DNA of 64,000 nt from assembly GCF_009914755.1 (NCBI RefSeq), contig NC_060937.1; one strand, written 5' to 3'. A model generated the notes under the pieces. The model did not search any database, had not been told where the DNA came from, and saw only the letters and a list, made by a program, of their open reading frames with translations. The DNA comes from the human T2T-CHM13v2.0 reference genome, Homo sapiens. Made by a program: the position numbers and the translations under genes. Below, piece by piece: positions 30,846-45,800 of the stretch (positions within the stretch are counted from its first letter, which is position 1; each line of letters opens with the position of its first letter).

Positions 30846-33800
30846 ATGAAATATCCAAGTTCACAAACTATACGTTATATACTGTACATGAAATATGAAA
30901 TTACATCAAATATATATTTTATTAGGTATGTAAAATATGAAAGTACATCAAATATAGATTATATAGTGTACATAAAATACCAAAGTACCCCAAATATATA
31001 TTTTATACTGTACATGAAATATCAAGGTACCCAAACTATACATTTTATACTGTACATAAAATATGAAATTACATCAAATTGAGATTATATTAGGTACATA
31101 AAATATGAAATTACATCAAATATATATTATATTAGGTATGTAAAATATGAAAGTACATCAAATATAGATTATATACTGTACATAAAATACCAAAGTACCC
31201 CAAATATATATTTTATACTGTACATGAAATATCAACGTTCTCAAACTATATATTATATACTGCACATAAAATATCAAAGTACCCAAGCTATATATTCCAT
31301 ACTGTACAAAAAATATCAAAGTACCCAAAGCATATATTATATGCTACACATAAAATATGAAAGTACATCAAATATATATTTTATTCTGTACATAAAATAT
31401 CAAAGTACACCAAATATATATTCTATACTGTACATAAAATATCAAGGTACCCAAACTATACATTATATTCTGTACATAAAATATGAAATTACATCAAATA
31501 TATATTATATTAGGTACATAAAATATGAAAGTACATCAAATATAGATTATATACTGTACATAAAATATCAAAGTACCCAAATATATATCATATACTGTAC
31601 ATGAAATATCAAAGTTCACAAACTATATATTATATACAGTACATAAAATATCAAAGTACCCAAACTATACATTATATACTGTACATAAAATATGAAATTG
31701 CATCAAATATATATTATATTAGGTATGTAAAATATGAAAGTACATCAAATATAGATTATATACTGTACATAAAATACCAAAGTACCCCAAATATATATTT
31801 TATACTGTACATGAAATATCAAAGTACTCAAACTATATATTATATACTGAACATAAAATATCAAAGTACCCAAGGTATACATTCCATACTGTACAAAAAA
31901 TATCAAAGTACCCAAAGCATATATTATATGCTGTACATAAAATATGAAAGTACATGAAATATATATTTTATTCTCTACATAAAATATCAAAGTACACCAA
32001 ATATATATTCTATACTGTAAATAAAATATCAAGGTACCCAAACTATACATTATATACTGTACATAAAATATGAAATTACATCAAATATATATTATATTAG
32101 GTACATAAAATATGAAAGTACATCAAATATAGATTATATACTGTACATAAAATATCAAAGTACCCAAATATATATCATATACTGTACATGAAATATCAAA
32201 GTTCACAAACTATATATTATATACTGCACATAAAATATCAAAGTACCCAAACAATACATTATATACTGTACATAAAATATGAAATTACATCAAATATATA
32301 TTATATTAGGTATGTAAAATATGAAAGTACATCAAATATAGATTATATACTGTACATAAAATACCAAAGTACCCCAAATATATATTTTATACTGTACATG
32401 AAATATCAAAGCTCTCAAAATATATATTATATACTGCACATAAAATATCAAAGTACCCAAGGTATATATTCCATAATGTACAAAAAATATCAAAGTACCC
32501 AATGCATATATTATATGCTGTACATAAAATATGAAAGTACATCAAATATATATTTTATTCTGTACATAAAATATCAAAGTACACCAAATAAATATTCTAA
32601 ACTGCACATAAAATATAAAGGTACCCAAACTATACATTATATACTGTACATAAAATATGAAATTACATCAAATATATATTATATTAGGTACATAAAATAT
32701 GAAAGTACATCAAATATAGATTATATACTGTACATAAAATATCAAAGTACCCAAATATATATCATATACTGTACATGAAATATCAAAGTTCACAAACTAT
32801 ATATTATATACTGTACATAAAATATCAAAGTACCCAAACTATACATTATATACTGTACATAAAATATGAAATTACATCAAATATATTTTATTAGGTACGT
32901 AAAATATGAAAGTACATCAAATATAGATTATATACTGTACATAAAATACCAAAGTACCCCAAATATATATTTAATACTGTACATGAAATATCAAAGTTCT
33001 CAAACTATATATTATATACTGCACATAAAATATCAAAGTACCCAAGGTATATATTCCATACTGTACAAAAAATATCAAAGTACCCAAAGCATATATTATA
33101 TGCTGTACATAAAATATGAAAGTACATCAAATATATATTTTATTCTGTACATAAAATATCAAAGTGCACCAAATATATATTCTATACTGTACATAAAATA
33201 TCAAGGTACCCAAACTATACATTATATACTGTACATAAAATATGAAATTACATCAAATATATATTATATTAGGTATGTAAAATATGAAAGTACATCAAAT
33301 ATAGATTATATACTGTACATAAAATATCAAAGTACCCAAATATATATCATATACTGTACATGAAATATCAAAGTTCACAAACTATATATTATATACTGTA
33401 CATAAAATATCAAAGTACCCAAACTATACATTATATACTGTACATAAAATATGAAATTACATCAAATATATATTTTATTAGGTATGTAAAATATGAAAGT
33501 ACATCAAATACAGATTATATACTGTACATAAAATACCAAAGTACCCCAAATATATATTTTATACTGTACATGAAATATCAAAGTTCTCAAACTATATATT
33601 ATATACTGCACATAAAATATCAAAGTACCCAAGGTATATATTCCATACTGTACAAAAAATATCAAAGTACCCAAAGCATATATTATATGCTGTACATAAA
33701 ATATGAAAGTACATCAAATCTATATTTTATTCTGTACATAAAATATCAAAGTACACCAAATATATATTCTATACTTTACATAAAATATCAAGGTACCCAA

Positions 33801-36800
33801 ACTATACATTATATACTGTACATAAAATATGAAATTACATCAAATATATATTATATTAGGTACATAAAATATGAAAGTACATCAAATATAGATTATATAC
33901 TGTACATAAAATATCAAACTACCCAAATATATATCATATACTGTACATGAAATATCAAGGTACCCAAACTATACATTATATACTGTACATAAAATATGAA
34001 ATTACATCAAATATATATTAGATTAGGTATATAAAATATGAAATTACATCAAATATATATTATATTAGGTATGTAAAATATGAAAGTAAATCAAATATAG
34101 ATTATATACTGTACATAAAATACCAAAGTACCCCAAATATATATTTTATACTGTACATGAAATATCAAAGTTCTCAAACTATATATTATATACTGCAAAT
34201 AAAATATCAAAGTACCCAAGGTATATATTCCATACTGTACAAAAAATAACAAAGTACCCAAAGCATATATTATATGCTGTACAGAAAATATGAAAGTACA
34301 TCAAATATATATTTTACTCTGTACATAAAATATCAAAGTACACCAAATATATATTCTATAATGTACATAAAATATCAAGGTACCCAAACTATACATTATA
34401 TACTGTACATAAAATATGAAATTACATCAAATATATATTATATTAGGTACATAAAATATGAAAGTACATCAAATATAGATTATATACTGTACATAAAATA
34501 TCAAAGTACCCAAATATATATCATATACAGTACATGAAATATCAAAGTTCACAAACTATATATTATATACTGTACATAAAATATCAAAGTACCCAAACTA
34601 TACATTATATACTGTACATAAAATATGAAATTACATCAAATATATATTATATTAGGTATGTAAAATATGAAAGTACATCAAATATAGATTATATACTGTA
34701 CATAAAATACCAAAGTACCCCAAAAATATATTTTATACTGTACATGAAATATCAAAGTTCTCAAACTCTATATTATATACTGCACATAAAATATCAAAGT
34801 ACCCAAGCTATATATTCCATACTGTACAAAAAATATCAAAGTACCCAAAGCATATATTATATGCTGTACATAAAATATGAAAGTACATCAAATATATATT
34901 TTATTCTGTACATAAAATATCAAAGTGCAACAAATATATATTCTATACTGTACATAAAATATCAAGGTACCCAAACTATACATTATATACTGTACATAAA
35001 ATATGAAATTACATCAAATATATATTATATTAGGTACATAAAATATGAAAGTACATCAAATATAGATTCTATACTGTACATAAAATATCAAAGTACCCAA
35101 ATATATATCATATACTGTACATGAAATATCAAAGTTCACAAACTATATATTATATACCGTACAAAAAATATCAAAGTACCCAAACTATACATTATATTCT
35201 GTACTTAAAATATGAAATTACATCAAATATATTTTATTAGGTACGTAAAATATGAAAGTACATCAAATATAGATTATATACTGTACACAAAATACCAAAG
35301 TACCCCAAATATATATTTTATACTGTACATGAAATATCAAAGTTCTCAAACTATATATTACATACTGCACATAAAATATCAAAGTACCCAAGGTATATAT
35401 TCCATACTGTACAAAAAATATCAAAGTACCCAAAGCATATATTATATGCTGTACCTAAAATATGAAAATACATCAAATATATGTTTTATTCTGTAGATAA
35501 AATATCAAAGTACACCAAATATATATTCTATACTGTACATAAAATATCAAGGTACCCAAACTATACATTATATACTGTACATAAAATATGAAATTACATC
35601 AAATATATATTATATTAGGTACATAAAATATGAAACTACATCAAATATAGATTATATACTGTACATAAAATATCAAAGTACCCAAATATATATCATATAC
35701 TGTACATGAAATATCAAAGTTCACAAACTATATATTATATACTGTACATAAAATATCAAAGTATCCAAACTATACATTATATACTGTACATAAAATATGA
35801 AATTACATCAAATATATATTATATTAGGTATGTAAAATATGAAAGTACATCAAATATAGATTATATACTGTACATAAAATACCAAAGTACCCCAAATATA
35901 TATTTAATACTGTACATGAAATATCAAAGTTCTCAAACTATATATTATATACTGCACATAAAATATCAAAGTACCCAAGGTATATATTCCATACTGTACA
36001 AAAAATATCAAAGTACCCAAAGCATATATTTTATGCTGTACATAAAATATGAAAGTACATCAAATATATATTTTATTCTGTACATAAAATATCAAAGTAC
36101 ACCAAATATATATTCTATACGTTACATAAAATATCAAGGTACCCAAACTATACATTATATACTGTACATAAAATATGAAATTACATCAAATATATATTAT
36201 ATTAGGTACATAAAATATGAAAGTACATCAAATATAGATTATATACTGTACATAAAATATCAAACTACCCAAATATATATCATATACTGTACATGAAATA
36301 TCAAGGTACCCAAACTATACATTATATACTGTACATAAAATATGAAATTACATCAAATATATATTAGATTAGGTATATAAAATATGAAATTACATCAAAT
36401 ATATATTATATTAGGTATGTAAAATATGAAAGTAAATCAAATATAGATTATATACTGTACATAAAATACCAAAGTACCCCAAATATATATTTTATACTGT
36501 ACATGAAATATCAAAGTTCTCAAACTATATATTATATACTGCAAATAAAATATCAAAGTACCCAAGGTATATATTCCATACTGTACAAAAAATATCAAAG
36601 TACCCAAAGCATATATTATATGCTGTACAGAAAATATGAAAGTACATCAAATATATATTTTACTCTGTACATAAAATATCAAAGTACACCAAATATATAT
36701 TTTATTGTGTACATAAAATATCAAAGTACCCAAACTATACATTATATATTGTACATAAAATATGAAATTACATCAAATATATATTATATTAGGTACATAA

Positions 36801-39800
36801 AATATGAAAGTACATCAAATATAGATTATATACTGTATATAAAATATCAAAGTACCCCAAATATATATTATATACTGTGCATGAAATATCAAAGAACCCA
36901 AGGTATATATTCTATACTGTAGAAAAAATATCAAAGTACCCAAAGCATGTATTATATACTGTACATAAAATATGAAAATACATCAAATTTATATTTTATT
37001 ATGTACATAAAATATCAAAGTACACCAGATATATATTTTATAGTGTACATAAAATATCAAAGTACCCAAAGTATACATCATATACTGTACATAAAATATG
37101 AAATTACATCAAATATATATTATATTTGGTACGTAAAATATGAAATTACATCAAATATAGATTATATACTGTACATAAAATATCAATGTACCCCAAATAT
37201 ATATTATATACTGTACATGAAATATCAAAGTTCACAAACTATATATTATATACTGTACATAAAATATCAAAGTACCCAAACTATACATCATATACTGTAC
37301 ATAAAATATGAAATTACATCAAATATATATTATATTAGGTATGTAAAATATGAAAGTACATCAAATATAGATTATATACTGTACATAAAATACCAAAGTA
37401 CAGCAAATATTTATTTTATTCTCTACATGAAATATCAAAGTTCTCAAACTATATATTATATACTGCACATAAAATATCAAAGTACCCAAGGTATATATTC
37501 CATACTGTACAAAAAATATCAAAGTACCCAAAGCATATATTATATGCTGTACATAAAATATGAAAGTACATCAAATATATATTTTATTCTGTACATAAAA
37601 TATCAAAGTACACTAAATATATATTCTATACTGTACATAAAATATCAAGGTACCCAAACTATACATTATATACTGTACCTAGAATATGAAATTACATCAA
37701 ATATATATTATATTAGGTACATAAAATATGAAAGTACATCAAATATAGATTATATACTGTACATAAAATATCAAAGTACCCAAATATATATCATATACTG
37801 TACATGAAATATCAAAGTTCACAAACTATATATTATATACTGTACATAAAATATCAAAGTACCCAAACTATACATTATATACTGTACATAAAATATGAAA
37901 TTACATCAAATATATATTATATTAGGTATGTAAAATATGAAAGTACATCAAATATAGATTATATACTGTACATAAAATACCAAAGTACCCCAAATATATA
38001 TTTTATACTGTAGATGAAATATCAAAGTTCTCAAACTACATATTATATACTGCATATAAAATATCAAAGTACCCAAGGTATATATTCCATACTGTACAAA
38101 AAATATCAAAGTACCCAAAGCATATATTATATGCTGTAAATAAAATATGAAAGTACATCAAATATATATTTTATTCTGTACATAAAATATCAAAATACAC
38201 TAAATATATATTCTATACTGTACATAAAATATCAAGGTACCCAAACTATACATTATATACTGTACCTAGAATATGAAATTACATCAAATATATATTATAT
38301 TAGGTACATAAAATATGAAAGTACATCAAATATAGATTATATACTGTACATAAAATATCAAAGTACCCAAATATATATCATATACTGTACATGAAATATC
38401 AAAGTTCACAAACTATATATTATATACTGTACATAAAATATCAAAGTACCCAAACTATACATTATATACTGTACATAAAATATGAAATTACATCAAATAT
38501 ATATTTTATTAGGTATGTAAAATATGAAAGTACATCAAATATAGATTATATACTGTACATAAAATACCAAAGTACCCCAAATATATATTTTATACTGTAC
38601 ATGAAATATCAAAGTTCTCAAACTATATATTATATACTGCACATAAAATATCAAAGTACCCAAGTTATATATTCCATACTGTACAAAAAATATCAAAGTA
38701 CCCAAAGCATATATTATATTCTGTACATAAAATATGAAATTACATCAAATATATATTTTATTCTGTACATAAAATTTCAAAGTACACCAAATATATATTC
38801 TATACTGTACATAAAATATCAAGGTACCCAAACTATACATTATATACTGTACATAAAATATGAAATTACATCAAATATATATTATATTAGGTACATAAAA
38901 TATGAAAGTACATCAAATATAGATTATATACTGTACATAAAATATCAAAGTACCCAAATATATATCATATACTGTACATGAAATATCAAAGTTCACAAAC
39001 TATATATTATATACTGTACATAAAATATCAAAGTACCCAAACAATACATTATATACTGTACATAAAATCTGAAATTCCATCAAATATATATTATATTAGG
39101 TATGTAAAATATGAAAGTACATCAAATATAGATTATATACTGTACATAAAATACCAAAGTACCCCAAATATATATTTTATACTGTACATGAAATATCAAA
39201 GCTCTCAAAATATATATTATATACTGCACATAAAATATCAAAGTACCCAAGCTATATATTCCATACTGTACAAAAAATATCAAAGTACCCAAAGCATATA
39301 TTATATGCTACACATAAAATATGAAAGTACATCAAATATATATTTTATTCGGTACATAAAATATCAAAGTACACCAAATATATATTCTATACTGTACATA
39401 AAATATCAAGGTACCCAAACTATACATTATATTCTGTACATAAAATATGAAATTACATCAAATATATATTATATTAGGTACATAAAATATGAAAGTACAT
39501 CAAATATAGATTATATACTGTACATAAAATATCAAAGTACCCAAATATATATCATATACTGTACATGAAATATCAAAGTTCAAAAACTATATATTATATA
39601 CTGTACATAAAATATCAAAGTACCCAAACTATACATTATATACTGTACATAAAATATGAAATTGCATCAAATATATATTATATTAGGTATGTAAAATATG
39701 AAAGTACATCCAATATAGATTATATACTGTACATAAAATACCAAAGTACCCCAAATATATATTTTATACTGTACATGAAATATCAAAGTACTCAAACTAT

Positions 39801-42800
39801 ATATTATATACTGCACATAAAATATCAAAGTACCCAAGGTATATATTCCATACTGTACAAAAAATATCAAAGTACCCAAAGCATATATTATATGCTGTAC
39901 ATAAAATATGAAAGTACATGAAATATATATTTTATTCTCTACATAAAATATCAAAGTACACCAAATATATATTCTATACTGTAAATAAAATATCAAGGTA
40001 CCCAAACTATACATTATATACTGTACATAAAATATGAAATTACATCAAATATATATTATATTAGGTACATAAAATATGAAAGTACATCAAATATAGATTA
40101 TATACTGTACATAAAATATCAAAGTACCCAAATATATATCATATACTGTACATGAAATATCAAAGTTCACAAACTATATATTATATACTGTACATAAAAT
40201 ATCAAAGTACCCAAACAATACATTATATACTGTACATAAAATCTGAAATTCCATCAAATATATATTATATTAGGTATGTAAAATATGAAAGTACATCAAA
40301 TATAGATTATATACTGTACATAAAATACCAAAGTACCCCAAATATATATTTTATACTGTACATGAAATATCAAAGCTCTCAAAATATATATTATATACTG
40401 CACATAAAATATCAAAGTACCCAAGGTATATATTCCATACTGTACAAAAAATATCAAAGTACCCAATGCATATATTATATGCTGTACATAAAATATGAAA
40501 GTACATCAAATATATATTTTATTCTGTACATAAAATATCAAAGTACACCAAATAAATATTCTAAACTGCACATAAAATATAAAGGTACCCAAACTATACA
40601 TTATATACTGTACATAAAATATGAAATTACATCAAATATATATTATATTAGGTACATAAAATATGAAAGTACATCAAATATAGATTATATACTGTACATA
40701 AAATATCAAAGTACCCAAATATATATCATATACTGTACATGAAATATCAAAGTTCACAAACTATATATTATATACTGTACATAAAATATCAAAGTACCCA
40801 AACTATACATTACATACTGTACATAAAATATGAAATTACATCAAATATATATTTTATTAGGTATGTAAAATATGAAAGTACATCAAATATAGATTATATA
40901 CTGTACATAAAATACCAAAGTACCCCAAATATATATTTTATACTGTACATGAAATATCAAAGTTCTCAAACTATATATTATATACTGCACATAAAATATC
41001 AAAGTACCCAAGTTATATATTCCATACTGTACAAAAAATATCAAAGTACCCAAAGCATATATTATATTCTGTACATAAAATATGAAATTACATCAAATAT
41101 ATATTTTATTCTGTACATAAAATTTCAAAGTACACCAAATATATATTCTATACTGTACATAAAATATCAAGGTACCCAAACTATACATTATATACTGTAC
41201 ATAAAATATGAAATTACATCAAATATATATTATATTAGGTACATAAAATATGAAAGTACATCAAATATAGATTATATACTGTACATAAAATATCAAAGTA
41301 CCCAAATATATATCATATACTGTGCATGAAATATCAAAGTTCACAAACTATATATTATATACTGTACATAAAATATCAAAGTACCCAAACTATACATTAT
41401 ATACTGTACATAAAATATGAAATTACATCAAATATATATTTTATTAGGTATGTAAAATATGAAAGTACATCAAATATAGATTATATACTGTACATAAAAT
41501 ACCAAAGTACCCCAAATATATATTTTTTACTGTACATGAAATATCAAAGTTCTCAAACTATATATTATATACTGCACATAAAATATCAAAGTACCCAAGG
41601 TATATATTCCATACTGTACAAAAATTATCAAAGTACCCAAAGCATATATTATATGCTGTACATAAAATATGAAAGTACATCAAGTATATATTTTATTCTG
41701 TACATAAAATATCAAAGTACACCAAATATATACTCTATACTGTACATAAAATATCAAGGTACCCAAACTATACATTATATACTGTACATAAGATATGAAA
41801 TTACATCAAATATATATTATATTAGGTATGTAAAATATGAAAGTACATCAAATATAGATTATATACTGTACATAAAATATCAAAGTACCCAAATATATAT
41901 CATATACTGTACATGAAATATCAAAGTTCACAAACTATATATTATATACTGTACATAAAATATCAAAGTACCCAAACTATACATTATATACTGTACATAA
42001 AATATGAAATTACATCAAATATATATTTTATTAGGTATGTAAAATATGAAAGTACATCATATATAGATTATATACTGTACATAAAATACCAAAGTACCCC
42101 AAATATATATTTTATACTGTACATGAAATATCAAAGTTCTCAAACTATATATTATATACTGCACATAAAATATCAAAGTACCCAAGCTATATATTCCATA
42201 CTGTACAAAAAATATCAAAGTACCCAAAGCATATATTATATGCTGTACATAAAATATGAAAGTACATCAAGTATATATTTTATTCTGTACATAAAATATC
42301 AAAGTACACCAAGTATATATTCTATACTGTACATAAAATATCAAGGTACCCAAACTATACATTATATACTGTATATAAGATATGAAATTACATCAAATAT
42401 ATATTATATTATGTACGTAAAATATGAAAGTACATCAAATATAGCTTATATACTGTACATAAAATATCAAAGTACCCAAATATATATCATATACTGTACA
42501 TGAAATATCAAAGTTCACACACTATATATTATATACTGTACATAAAATATCAAAGTACCCAAACTATACATTATATACTGTACATAAAATATGAAATTAC
42601 ATCAAATATATATTTTATTAGGTATGTAAAATATGAAAGTACATCAAATATAGATTATATACTGTACATAAAATACCAAAGTACCCCAAATATATATTTT
42701 ATACTGTACATGAAATATCAAAGTTCTCAAACTATATATTATATACTGCACATAAAATATCAAAGTACCCAAGGTATATATTCCATACTGTACAAAAAAT

Positions 42801-45800
42801 ATCAAAGTACCCAAAGCATATATTATATGCTGTACATAAAATATGAAAGTACATCAAGTATATATTTTATTCTGTACATAAAATATCAAAGTACACCAAG
42901 TATATATTCTATACTGTACATAAAATATCAAGGTACCCAAACTATCCATTATATACTGTATATAAGATATGAAATTACATCAAATATATATTATATTATG
43001 TACGTAAAATATGAAAGTACATCAAATATAGCTTATATACTGTACATAAAATATCAAAGTACCCAAATATATATCATATACTGTACATGAAATATCAAAG
43101 TTCACAAACTATATATTATATACTGTACATAAAATATCAAAGTACCCAAACTATACATTACATACTGTACATAAAATATGAAATTACATCAAATATATAT
43201 TTTATTAGGTATGTAAAATATGAAAGTACATCAAATATAGATTATATACTGTACATAAAATACCAAAGTACCCCAAATATATATTTTATACTGTACATGA
43301 AATATCAAAGTTCTCAAACTCTATATTATATACTGCACATAAAATATCAAAGTACCCAAGGTATATATTCCATACTGTACAAAAAATATCAAAGTACCCA
43401 AAGAATATATTATATGCTGTACATAAAATATGAAAGTACATGAAATATATATTTTATTCTATACATAAAATATCAAAGTACACCAAATATATATTCTATA
43501 CTGTACATAAAATATCAAGGTACCCAAACTATACATTATATACTGTACATAAAATATGAAATTACATCAAATATATATTATATTAGGTACATAAAATATG
43601 AAAGTACATCAAATATAGATTCTATACTGTACATAAAATATCAAAGTACCCAAATATATATCATATACTGTACATGAAATATCAAAGTTCACAAACTATA
43701 TATTATATACCGTACATAAAATATCAAAGTACCCAAACTATACATTATATTCTGTACTTAAAATATGAAATTACATCAAATATATTTTATTAGGTACGTA
43801 AAATATGAAAGTACATCAAATATAGATTATATACTGTACACAAAATACAAAAGTACCCCAAATATATATTTTATACTGTACATGAAATATCAAAGTTCTC
43901 AAACTATATATTATATACTGCACATAAAATATCAAAGTACCCAAGGTATATATTCCATACTGTACAAAAAATATCAAAGTACCCAAAGCATATATTATAT
44001 GCTGTACCTAAAATATGAAAATACATCAAATATATGTTTTATTCTGTAGATAAAATATCAAAGTACACCAAATATATATTCTATACTGTACATAAAATAT
44101 CAAGGTACCCAAACTATACATTATATACTGTACATAAAATATGAAATTACATCAAATATATATTATATTAGGTACATAAAATATGAAAGTACATCAAATA
44201 TAGATTATATACTGTACATAAAATATCAAAGTACCCAAATATATATCATATACTGTACATGAAATATCAAAGTTCACAAACTATATATTATATACTGTAC
44301 ATAAAATATCAAAGTACCCAAACTATACATTATATACTGTACATAAAATATGAAATTACATCAAATATATATTATATTAGGTATGTAAAATATGAAAGTA
44401 CATCAAATATAGATTATATACTGTACATAAAATACCAAAGTACCCCAAATATATATTTAATACTGTACATGAAATATCAAAGTTCTCAAACTATATATTA
44501 TATACTGCACATAAAATATCAAAGTACCCAAGGTATATATTCCATACTGTACAAAAAATATCAAAGTACCCAAAGCATATATTATATGCTGTACATAAAA
44601 TATGAAAGTACATCAAATATATATTTTATTCTGTACATAAAATATCAAAGTACACCAAATATATATTCTATACTTTACATAAAATATCAAGGTACCCAAA
44701 CTATACATTATATACTGTACATAAAATATGAAATTACATCAAATATATATTATATTAGGTACATAAAATATGAAAGTACATCAAATATAGATTATATACT
44801 GTACATAAAATATCAAACTACCCAAATATATATCATATACTGTACATGAATTATCAAGGTACCCAAACTATACATTATATACTGTACATAAAATATGAAA
44901 TTACATCAAATATATATTAGATTAGGTATATAAAATATGAAATTACATCAAATATATATTATATTAGGTATGTAAAATATGAAAGTAAATCAAATATAGA
45001 TTATATACTGTACATAAAATACCAAAGTACCCCAAATATATATTTTATACTGTACATGAAATATCAAAGTTCTCAAACTATATATTATATACTGCAAATA
45101 AAATATCAAAGTACCCAAGGTATATATTCCATACTGTACAAAAAATATCAAAGTACCCAAAGCATATATTATATGCTGTACATAAAATATGAAAGTACAT
45201 CAAATATATATTTTATTCTGTACATAAAATATCAAAGTGCACCAAATATATATTCTATACTGTACATAAAATATCAAGGTACCCAAACTATACATTATAT
45301 ACTGTACATAAAATATGAAATTACATCAAATATATATTATATTAGGTACATAAAATATGAAAGTACATCAAATATAGATTATATACTGTACATAAAATAT
45401 CAAAGTACCCAAATATATATCATATACTGTACATGAAATATCAAAGTTCACAAACTATATATTATATACTGTACATAAAATATCAAAGTACCCAAAGTAT
45501 ACATTATATACTGTACATAAAATATGAAATTACATCAAATATATATTATATTAGGTATGTAAAATATGAAAGTACATCAAATATAGATTATATACTGTAC
45601 ATAAAATACCAAAGTACCCCAAATATATATTTTATACTGTACATGAAATATCAAAGTTCTCAAAATATATATTATATACTGCACATAAAATATCAAAGTA
45701 CGCAAGGTATATATTCCATACTGTACAAAAAATATCAAAGTACCCAAAGCATATATTATATGCTGTACATAAAATATGAAAGTACATCAAATATATATTT

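Noticed and set aside
38391-43090. Chains of 196-aa ORFs overlapping by ATGA, resembling translationally coupled genes
   Set aside because: This is a direct consequence of the 1-bp deletion in the I* monomer, which shifts the frame onto 'acATGAaa' once per 587-bp unit.
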